This document shows positions 1 to 7,335 of a stretch of 11,023 nt of DNA, piece by piece; positions within the stretch are counted from its first letter, which is position 1; every line of letters begins with the position of its first letter. The position numbers and the translations under genes were made by a program. Under the pieces are notes generated by a model that saw nothing but the letters and a program-made list of their open reading frames with translations, did no database searches and was not told the DNA's origin. Where the stretch lies: NCBI GenBank assembly GCA_965657355.1, contig CBFHOE010000008.1, positions 239,823-250,845 on the forward strand, in the 5' to 3' direction. Source of the stretch: Limisphaerales bacterium. Its GTDB lineage: Bacteria; Verrucomicrobiota; Verrucomicrobiia; Limisphaerales; JAJOIW01.

Positions 1-1026
1 CTAAACTTACTCAACCTTACGCACCAAATTTACCCTGGTGGAGTATCGAAAAACCACTGGCCAACTCTCGGTTTAAACACTCTAAAATGGGCTAAAAGAC
101 AAGGTGGAATATGTGGTCCCGCTCATTCATCTATTGGACTCACCACATTTGTTGGTCGAATTCCTCATACTGAAGATCTCGACGGAGAAAATAATTTACC
201 AAATTTCAAAATACCTGCGTTTGATGGCATCGGAGCTAACGAGTTTATTGTGGATGTTACCCACAAAGTCATGGGACCAGATAATACATATATCCCAGCG
301 GTTGATTTTATTTCCACTATGAATACAGAGAGGGTAGCAGAGTGGAATATTTGGTATCACGTATTAAACTCGGGGTTTCGCGTAGCTGCCAGCGGGGAAA
401 CAGATTTTCCTTGTATGACTGGCGACAGGGTGGGGGCGGGTCGAGTATACGCACATGTCGAAGGGAAACTTACGTTTGATAAATGGGTGAAATCAATGGC
501 TAATGGGAGGAGTTACGTCAGCGATGGGACTCTTCATTTAATGGATTTTTATGCCGTGGATATGGAAAATGGAGCCAAAATTCAAGTTGGTAAAGATGGA
601 AGCGAGCTGGCGCTGTCGAAAGGTAATAAAGTCTCCTTCCATGTAAATACGGCTGCATTAATGCCAAGTGCAGGGAACATAAACATTGAGCTCGTTGTTA
701 ATGGCTACCCGGTAGATGTCAAATCGATCTCACCAGATGGATCAAGTCGTGATATCCAGTTTGACTTAAATATTCAAAAAAGCAGTTGGGTAGCCCTACG
801 CTCTTTCCCTCATGCTCATACAAATCCAATATATTTTATCATTGATGAAAAACCCGTGCGCGGGCCTGTTGAAAGCGCACTATGGTGCCTGGCTGGTGTA
901 GACCAATGCTGGAAATCTAAAAAACCAACATACAAAGAGAAAGAACTCTCTGATGCGGAGTTTGCATATGACCATGCCAGAAAAGTATTTTCTGAAATCA
1001 TTCGCACCCACCCCGATAATAACTAA
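1..1026 (+). CDS. CehA/McbA-family (PHP-like) metallohydrolase, 5'-truncated by the window edge
   Basis: Frame 1 is open from base 1 (LNLLNLTHQIYPGGVSKNHWPTLGLNTLKWAKRQGGICGPAHS...FDGIGANEFIVDVTH) straight into the listed 250..1026 ORF, so the GTG at 250 is not the true start. Motifs WYHVLNSGFRVAASGETDFPC, GAGRVYA, GRSYVSDG and SSWVALR..AHTNPI are typical of this family's C-terminal half. Confidence 0.8.
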   Translation, partial: LNLLNLTHQIYPGGVSKNHWPTLGLNTLKWAKRQGGICGPAHSSIGLTTFVGRIPHTEDLDGENNLPNFKIPAFDGIGANEFIVDVTHKVMGPDNTYIPAVDFISTMNTERVAEWNIWYHVLNSGFRVAASGETDFPCMTGDRVGAGRVYAHVEGKLTFDKWVKSMANGRSYVSDGTLHLMDFYAVDMENGAKIQVGKDGSELALSKGNKVSFHVNTAALMPSAGNINIELVVNGYPVDVKSISPDGSSRDIQFDLNIQKSSWVALRSFPHAHTNPIYFIIDEKPVRGPVESALWCLAGVDQCWKSKKPTYKEKELSDAEFAYDHARKVFSEIIRTHPDNN

Positions 1027-1176
1027 TTGATACTTTCAATTTAGGCTGCTTGCGATTTTTAAAACAATTACCAAGACTGCTCATTGATTCTTAGAGCTAT
1101 GCCTTATTGTATAGTTAGATTTTTCCTAGTCGGAGAAATAAGGGTGCTAAATAACTTTAGGTATTCATCCGGGATT

Positions 1177-1284
1177 TTACTTATCATTCCCGCCTTTAAA
1201 AAACATTAAGGCAACCGCAACAACGATCCCAATCAGTGCTAATACCCCGAATATTCCTAAAATACCAAATGGTGCTGCTTGCAT
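1177..1284 (-). CDS. Small (35 aa) single-pass membrane protein, below the ORF-track length cutoff
   Basis: Manual translation from ATG (1284-1282) to TAA (1179-1177) gives MQAAPFGILGIFGVLALIGIVVAVALMFFKGGNDK. It has ~24 consecutive uncharged hydrophobic residues followed by a polar KGGNDK tail. An in-frame TAA two codons upstream fixes the start. Confidence 0.7.
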   Translation of the reverse strand: MQAAPFGILGIFGVLALIGIVVAVALMFFKGGNDK

Positions 1285-1329
1285 AAATTAAATTGCTTTT
1301 TCAATTGTTTTAAAGGTGACACAAATCCG

Positions 1330-1352
1330 TTTCGATTCCGGCCGAATTGAAA
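1330..1352. promoter_or_regulatory. Dyad/hairpin upstream of the small ORF
   Basis: TTTCGATTC-CGGCC-GAATTGAAA: 9-bp arms with 8 Watson-Crick pairs plus one G-T, 46-68 nt upstream of the ATG at 1284. Confidence 0.3.
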
Positions 1353-1543
1353 TTAACGAATAAGCTTTATTTACTAAAGACTTTTTCTGATCTGGTTGTG
1401 GAATCAGCAGTAACGACTATTGCAACGGTAGTTGGGATTTCGATCGTACCTTTGACATCCCATTCAGTCTTTTCAACATGCCTGATTCGATGGACTGAAT
1501 ATTAATTTAAACAAAGGTGGTAACGAAAATAGCTCAATTTTCT

Positions 1544-2038
1544 TTATTGAGTTGCACAGGTCTCATTATTGAGTGAGGCATTGACGGATTGAGCGTCTAG
1601 CGGAAACGGTCGATCTTTTGTTAATGATTCAGTGGCCCTTTTTTGTTTCAGACTTGTGTCGTGGTGAAAGGTTGAAATGCGCTTTTTTATCCTAACCATA
1701 GCAACTCTTGCCATCTTTTTTGATTTGAGAAAATCATCCTCATTCTCTCCCTCTATTTCCCAAGCTTTTACCATTCCTTGAATTGCAGAGTGAAATTGAA
1801 GGCCCAAGCGATATAAGATACTATCATTAGGTCGTCCTGATTTTCCGGCAAAAAATCCTGCACCATGATTTGCTTGTCCGCACGCGCAAGTTATCCAATC
1901 TCCTGATCTCATTTGAGCCTCAATCAACTCTAATAAGGTATATGATTCTTTCGACAAGAATCCCCACCAATCAAAGGGAATATAGGTTTCGCTGTATATT
2001 TCCCTCTCGATTAATTCTGATGTGCTGAGTGCTCGCAT
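1544..2038 (-). CDS. Hypothetical protein (164 aa) with PFDW and WITCACG motifs
   Basis: Longest ORF in the interval, ATG start, protein-like composition, no competing ORF. No family could be named with certainty. Confidence 0.7.
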   Translation of the reverse strand: MRALSTSELIEREIYSETYIPFDWWGFLSKESYTLLELIEAQMRSGDWITCACGQANHGAGFFAGKSGRPNDSILYRLGLQFHSAIQGMVKAWEIEGENEDDFLKSKKMARVAMVRIKKRISTFHHDTSLKQKRATESLTKDRPFPLDAQSVNASLNNETCATQ

Positions 2039-2044
2039 GTCTTA

Positions 2045-2068
2045 AAATTAGACAATTTTGCCTAATTT
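2045..2068. promoter_or_regulatory. Operator-like inverted repeat in a divergent intergenic region
   Basis: AAATTAGACAA-TT-TTGCCTAATTT: 10 of 11 arm positions are complementary, starting 7 nt upstream of the ATG at 2038. Confidence 0.4.
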
Positions 2069-2223
2069 ACACCCAAAAAATTCATCTTTGGAGCTAGTTT
2101 TTTTCCATATTGTTAGTGGATAGCGACTTACATCTGAATTTTTTTGAAATAATCTCGAGTAAAAGGCTCTTAGATTGAATTGTAATCGTCATTTTTTTTT
2201 GTTGTGAGTAGCTTAAGATAACT

Positions 2224-3219
2224 GTGGAGTTTTTGAATCTGGATGAGTTTCGGGAGCGCCGGGAAGAATTTGATGAGGCGGTAATGGCCACTCCTGGCAT
2301 CCCCGATTGTTGTAGCGGCAGTGCTTGGGCGCTAGCAGCGCACGACACTCTTCGGCTTAGTGAGTTCAGAAAGATACCACCCCTCATAGTTCAAGAGAAT
2401 GGTCATTGGCTACTATTTGCTCAACGCCCAGTGAGTCAGGGGACCTATTATTTTGAACCTTTTGAAGGTTATTGGTTATTCACCTGCCCATTGGTGGGGC
2501 CAGATCCATCGAAATCTTTGTATTTGCTAAACAAAGTTGTGGATAAGTTGCAGTCCAACAGGGCTATGTGCTTTCTTCTCGGCGGCGTCCCTGCCGGTGG
2601 AGAGCTGGATCATCTCGTTGAGAATCAATCAAATCCATTCCAGATAATCCAAAAGGCGGAGGGTATTCCGTCCATGTGGATTTATTTGAACGAAGGACTT
2701 CAGGGGTATTTGGATAGAAGGTCCATAAAATTTAGAAAATCTATCAGGCAAGCTCATAAAAAAATCGCAAACCAAAACCTGACTTTTGAAGATATCTGCG
2801 ATTATGGAGAGGGTGTCTTTGAGAGACTGATGTCGATCGAAGAAAAATCTTGGAAATTTAATTCAGGTCAAAGCATCTTTCAGGAATACCAATTTGTTAA
2901 GTTCTATACTTACCTTATGGAGTCATCTGGAATGACCAATGATTTAAGATTTCTTGTGGCTCAGCTTGATGGCCAAGATGTGGGGTATATCATGGGGGGC
3001 ATCTTTGGAAAAACTTATCGAGGGTGGCAAATGTCTTATGATGAAAAATTCCGATCACTCTCAATCGGGAATGTCCTGCAAATTGAAAATATGAACAGAA
3101 GGGCTGAAGAGGGCGTCGAGATCTACGACCTTGGAATGTTCGCGGAATATAAATCTCGGTGGACCGATGACACCCGTGAACAAAATGTATACGTAATAAT
3201 GTATTCTCCAGTTGAGTAA
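2224..3219 (+). CDS. GNAT-family N-acetyltransferase, CelD/BcsL-like (Acetyltransf_6 type)
   Basis: Pattern YL..RS.KFRK.IRQA.KK, then E.KSWK, LRFLVAQLDGQDVGY, SYDEKFRSLSIGNVL (acyl-CoA binding motif A) and YDLG...EYKSRW, typical of the CelD/FemAB-like double-GNAT group. GTG start. Confidence 0.85.
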   Translation: MEFLNLDEFRERREEFDEAVMATPGIPDCCSGSAWALAAHDTLRLSEFRKIPPLIVQENGHWLLFAQRPVSQGTYYFEPFEGYWLFTCPLVGPDPSKSLYLLNKVVDKLQSNRAMCFLLGGVPAGGELDHLVENQSNPFQIIQKAEGIPSMWIYLNEGLQGYLDRRSIKFRKSIRQAHKKIANQNLTFEDICDYGEGVFERLMSIEEKSWKFNSGQSIFQEYQFVKFYTYLMESSGMTNDLRFLVAQLDGQDVGYIMGGIFGKTYRGWQMSYDEKFRSLSIGNVLQIENMNRRAEEGVEIYDLGMFAEYKSRWTDDTREQNVYVIMYSPVE

Positions 3220-3228
3220 CGGCAATGT

Positions 3229-5583
3229 TCACCTGTCTTGCCGGATGCCAATGTATGGTTCTCCAACCTGCTTTTGGTCTACCATCTGGTAAGAAACTAG
3301 TTTCCATGACTTTTCTACATCACCAATGCCAAATTGTGCTGTGTAAGAATTGGTTCTAGTATGGACGTGTCCCCAGTGTTCAATGGTCCCTGCTACTTCC
3401 CATTGAGCGGTCGTCAAAAATCCTTGATCTCCTAAATTCGTTTCAGTGTTTGAAGCCTGAGGAAAAGTTGTTTTTACAATGTTTACCGAGTCTATTCGCG
3501 CACTGGCACCTCCTGAGCTCTCGTTGGCTAAACTTTTCTGTATTTCGAGATAAAATTCATTGAGAAGTGGTCCTGATGCAATTTTTGAAAGATAATCGAA
3601 CCTTTGTGATTCACTGGGCAATCGGAATGCTCGATAAATATTTTTATGAAGAGATTTGAATATATTTTCTTTCTCCTCCAAGGAAACAATATCAGGTTTT
3701 TTGAATGGGTGTGCGATCTCCGTACTCTTGGACGTGAGCATGATTGCAATGATTATAATAGAAACGATAGATGAACTTATTGTTGTAGGTGTTATCTTGA
3801 ATTTGTTTCTTACCCATAAAAAGAAGGTCCATACAAATATCAACGCCCCAAGTAACATCATTTTGGGAATCTTCAGCTTTGGTAATTCTCCCGGTAAGGG
3901 GAGAGAATAAAGCGTGCCACCGCCTATCCCCAAAGCTTTTGACCAACTGATGGCTGATTCACTTTTATTCAGAACAACCGGCGTTGTCGTGCCTGTTATG
4001 CTTTTTTCTGAAAATAGTACTCTGGTGATTGGATTTTGTTTTATGGAATCTAGTCCGGCCCAATCTAGTTCGAAATTATTGACTGAGTTAGTATTACCCT
4101 CTGGTAGGAATGTTTCAAACTCGGTCAGAACAAGGACTTCAGATAAATCGACCTTCCCGGATAGTGATCCTGTTGGGAGCTCTTGATAGTCTAAATCTAA
4201 AAAGGATATATTTTTTATCTTATTATTGGCAAATTGGGCATTTAATTTAACCGAGGTTTTTTTACTCCATAGTGCAGACCAATATTCAACCGCAGCATTG
4301 GTGCTTGGACAAATAATCCTACCCTCAATGTCGGGATCCTTTTCAAATCCATCATTCATCAGCTCTGCCGAAACATATATTCGACCTTCGAGAGATTTAT
4401 CTTTCAATGTAATTTGAGATCCGTGGTAGTTCCACGCAAACACATTCTCTTGATCAATGAGATACTTATAATTCGGATCCGCATCAAACTCGTAAACGTT
4501 GATTTTCAGATAGCTCAAAAAACGGTTGAATCCATCCCATTGGAATCTCAAACTCTCAGGTGTTTGCTTTGTTCGGTAATGAGCAATAATTCCTATTCGC
4601 GTATTGTAAGAGCTGACTTTTTGAGGCTTAGGAATAGACATGAAATCTCTTGTTTCCAAGGGATAGAAGTCGACCCTACTGAGTTCTGGATAAACACGCT
4701 TGCCGTCGATAACAACCGGATGGTTCCCCTGGAAATACTTTTCGATTTTCGCTCGAGATGCCACTTGCTCGGAAACTTCAATAAAGTCAGGATCCTTTTT
4801 TTCAATGCTCACTAGCGTCTCCAGTATGACTAATGGCAGAAGTATCTCGTGCCTGATCTCAGAATCTTCTATATATAAATGAGAATAAACACCGGAAAAC
4901 TGAGGCATTCCCAATGATTCCAAAAGCTCTTTCTCAGCCAGTCGTTTCCTTTCTCGCCAGTCATTAGGTAATGGTTCAGCCGGTTTAGACCAATCAATCG
5001 ACAAGACGTGTGGGACTTTTGGCCCTATTTTTGAGGGAGCTTCAACAAGGATGTCATTGCGATATATTAATAATTCCAAGGTCTCGGGCTGCCCATTCTC
5101 GGTCCCTCCGAATATATGCGAAAAATTGAGAGCGCTTGGTGGCTGTGAATTGAAGTCATACTCAAACTTATAAATTATGGCGTATCTCATGACCTCAACC
5201 GGGTGAATGCCAGAATCTTTTTTGTCGTTTAAAGATGAGGTATCGATATTCACACCTATCCCATCAAATACTTCACCCTTACCATCACGAAGAAAGAAGT
5301 AATCTAGTATGAACCTCTGATGTTTGTTGGCTGCTTCTATTGTTTCGGCATAGTCATAGTGGGTTCCTTTATTTTTTGGTTTCAACCCCTGATAAATAAC
5401 TAAATCTGCAACCAAAATTTTCATGGTGACTTCAGCCTGAGATTCAGACAACTGAATCTCACACGATGTGATTGCCAGTGGGTGAGCGCTTATCCTTTGT
5501 CCCGTGATTACAAAAACAATCAGTAATATCGATAAAAATATCTTCATCTCTATTTTAAAATTTCGCATCTCCAATACTTCCAT
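3229..5583 (-). CDS. Large exported/membrane-anchored hypothetical protein (signal peptide, three related domains, two TM helices, C-terminal EHWGHVH domain); start may be the ATG at 5547
   Basis: 784-aa ORF. MKIFLSILLIVFVITGQRISA|HP resembles a Sec signal peptide with a mature N-terminal His. Two hydrophobic segments lie at about aa 575-591 and 602-617. The C-terminus contains WEVAGTIEHWGHVHTRTNSY. Confidence 0.85.
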   Translation of the reverse strand: MEVLEMRNFKIEMKIFLSILLIVFVITGQRISAHPLAITSCEIQLSESQAEVTMKILVADLVIYQGLKPKNKGTHYDYAETIEAANKHQRFILDYFFLRDGKGEVFDGIGVNIDTSSLNDKKDSGIHPVEVMRYAIIYKFEYDFNSQPPSALNFSHIFGGTENGQPETLELLIYRNDILVEAPSKIGPKVPHVLSIDWSKPAEPLPNDWRERKRLAEKELLESLGMPQFSGVYSHLYIEDSEIRHEILLPLVILETLVSIEKKDPDFIEVSEQVASRAKIEKYFQGNHPVVIDGKRVYPELSRVDFYPLETRDFMSIPKPQKVSSYNTRIGIIAHYRTKQTPESLRFQWDGFNRFLSYLKINVYEFDADPNYKYLIDQENVFAWNYHGSQITLKDKSLEGRIYVSAELMNDGFEKDPDIEGRIICPSTNAAVEYWSALWSKKTSVKLNAQFANNKIKNISFLDLDYQELPTGSLSGKVDLSEVLVLTEFETFLPEGNTNSVNNFELDWAGLDSIKQNPITRVLFSEKSITGTTTPVVLNKSESAISWSKALGIGGGTLYSLPLPGELPKLKIPKMMLLGALIFVWTFFLWVRNKFKITPTTISSSIVSIIIIAIMLTSKSTEIAHPFKKPDIVSLEEKENIFKSLHKNIYRAFRLPSESQRFDYLSKIASGPLLNEFYLEIQKSLANESSGGASARIDSVNIVKTTFPQASNTETNLGDQGFLTTAQWEVAGTIEHWGHVHTRTNSYTAQFGIGDVEKSWKLVSYQMVDQKQVGEPYIGIRQDR

Positions 5584-5667
5584 TATGACGTGACCTTTTT
5601 TACCCTCAAGTTTAACCGTTCCTCAGTTCTCCATTTTCTCGGGGCCCTCTAACCTATTGTAAAGGTG

Positions 5668-6474
5668 TTAGTTGCAATTCGAGAAGAAAGTGAGGGATTC
5701 ACGAGCATGGATTTCCCAGTAGGGCCATGAATGATCACCTGGAAATTCTTGAAAGCTGTGAGATATTCCCAAACTAATGAGTTTGTCATGAAGCTCTCTG
5801 TTATGCATCAGTAATTCGTCCTCAATACCACAGTCAAATCTCAAATTTGGAAGAGTTTTTTTATGAGCTTCAATCCAATGAATTGCTGAGTAATTGGGTG
5901 AGTGTAAATCCATTGACTCAGGAAACGGTCTCTCTATTCTCGATTCAAGCTGTTCGAGGTGTGTCACACTCGAATGCGCCGAAATCCCTCGGAAATTATC
6001 ATGGTATTTTGATCCTAAGTAGAGGGCTCCGAATCCACCCATGGACAAACCAGCAATAAATCTTGGTCCGGATATATCAATGCTTGGCCATGCCTGCTGG
6101 AATGCTGAGGTAATGTCTTTAACAATCCAACTTTCAAAGTCTTGATACCCATGATCGACATAACCGGAGCCATCCCCCCAAAGACCATCAGAAGGCATAA
6201 GGATAATAGCAGGCTTTATCAATCCATCTTCGATCATTGCCGATGAAGTCTTATGAAGATTTCCTTTGATAATCCAAGCCCAGTGAGAGCCATAAATGCC
6301 ATGAAGGAAAATATAGACGGGGAGGGGGCCTAAATCTTCAGCTTTTTCCGGTATGATTGCAGAGATATCTGCCCGTGATTTTAAAGAGGGCGACTTTACA
6401 GTAATCCACCCAGTTCGTACTCCATCTATCGAGGATTCACCCGATTCCAAAGAAAAAAAGTTATCGCCTAACAT
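5668..6474 (-). CDS. Alpha/beta-hydrolase esterase (putative esterase family, FrmB/XynC-like)
   Basis: Oxyanion segment FLHGIYG, nucleophile elbow GLSMGG, acidic residue in FDCGIEDEL and catalytic His in GDHSWPYW. Starts 6 nt after the SDR stop. Confidence 0.9.
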   Translation of the reverse strand: MLGDNFFSLESGESSIDGVRTGWITVKSPSLKSRADISAIIPEKAEDLGPLPVYIFLHGIYGSHWAWIIKGNLHKTSSAMIEDGLIKPAIILMPSDGLWGDGSGYVDHGYQDFESWIVKDITSAFQQAWPSIDISGPRFIAGLSMGGFGALYLGSKYHDNFRGISAHSSVTHLEQLESRIERPFPESMDLHSPNYSAIHWIEAHKKTLPNLRFDCGIEDELLMHNRELHDKLISLGISHSFQEFPGDHSWPYWEIHARESLTFFSNCN

Positions 6475-6480
6475 AAATAA

Positions 6481-7233
6481 TCAATTTTTGGTTTGGGTGT
6501 CATCTTCTTCACTATATGAAAAATCATTATCCTTAATAGACCTTATGACCACTTCTCTTGGAACGACGTTACTGTCTTGGTCTAAACAATATACCACTGA
6601 ATCAGCAACTGATTTTGGATCGAGAAAGTCTTCCATATCGGTCGTGGTTTCTCGGGCATCGGTCCAGAAAGGTGATTGTACTCCGCCTGGTAAAATAGAT
6701 GAAACTCCCACTCCATAGTGGGCCGCTTCCTCCTGTAGGGCCTGGGTAAACCCCCTGACTCCCCACTTCGCTGAGCAATAAACAGATTCTGTGGGAATCC
6801 CTCTTAAGCTCGCTGTGGAAATGATATTGATGATCCGACCAGATTTTTTCCTGCTCATTTGACCAAAAGCTGCCCGACATCCATTTATCGTTCCCTTTAA
6901 ATTAACATCAATGACCAGATCCATTTCATCAGTCGAGATATCCTGAATACGCCTATGCCTTGCCAGTCCAGCATTGTTAACCCAAGCGTCGAGACCACCT
7001 GTTTTTGAAATCACCTCCTCAGCAGCCCTTTCTAATTGTTCGAAATTTCTTACATCCGCTTCCAGTAAATTGAATCCCACAATCCCCTCCAGACTACTTT
7101 TTGCCGCTTCCAATAATTTCCTGTCCGAGTCCAGAAGGAAAACTTCATATTCGTTATTTGCAAGCGTTTTGCCAATTTCTAGGCCAATCCCTCGTGCCCC
7201 GCCAGTAATTACCACAGATTTCTTCTTTTTCAT
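6481..7233 (-). CDS. Classical short-chain dehydrogenase/reductase (SDR), probably NAD(H)-preferring
   Basis: TGGARGIG, NNAG, catalytic Ser (ISTAS), YCSAK (YxxxK) and PGGV. Asp at the end of beta-2 (LLDSD) suggests NAD. The ATG at 7233 (MKKKKSVVITGG) is preferred over 7326 because the Rossmann fold starts right after it. Confidence 0.92.
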   Translation of the reverse strand: MKKKKSVVITGGARGIGLEIGKTLANNEYEVFLLDSDRKLLEAAKSSLEGIVGFNLLEADVRNFEQLERAAEEVISKTGGLDAWVNNAGLARHRRIQDISTDEMDLVIDVNLKGTINGCRAAFGQMSRKKSGRIINIISTASLRGIPTESVYCSAKWGVRGFTQALQEEAAHYGVGVSSILPGGVQSPFWTDARETTTDMEDFLDPKSVADSVVYCLDQDSNVVPREVVIRSIKDNDFSYSEEDDTQTKN

Positions 7234-7284
7234 AATGGGATAGAGTCGTCTTCGGTCGATGAAATTGGCTAAAAATTGAGGAAA

Positions 7285-7335
7285 CATCAACTGAATACCA
7301 TTGATTTTTTTATGTGTGCGCATCAATATTCTCTT
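7285..7335 (+). promoter_or_regulatory. Putative promoter/autorepression operator of the TA module
   Basis: TTGATT (7301-7306), 17-nt spacer, CAATAT (7324-7329), then ATG at 7336. ATCAA (7286), TTGAT (7301) and ATCAA (7322) form alternating inverted half-sites. No Shine-Dalgarno is evident. Confidence 0.35.

Noticed and set aside
1326..1344. CCGT-TTCGATT-CCGGCC resembles a tRNA T-arm (possible att-site remnant)
   Set aside because: The loop-closing G-C pair is broken. There is no acceptor stem, CCA, anticodon arm or integrase. The dyad at 1330-1352 explains the sequence equally well.
1367..1501. Minus-strand open stretch YSVHRIRHVEKTEWDVKGTIEIPTTVAIVVTADSTTRSEKVFSK
   Set aside because: It looks somewhat protein-like but has no in-frame ATG/GTG/TTG after the upstream stop. 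It may be a gene remnant but cannot be supported.
7234..7335. N-terminal extensions of the SDR (from 7326) and antitoxin (from 7276) that would overlap head-to-head
   Set aside because: The domain motifs begin at ATG 7233 and ATG 7336. The extensions are artefacts of longest-ORF calling.
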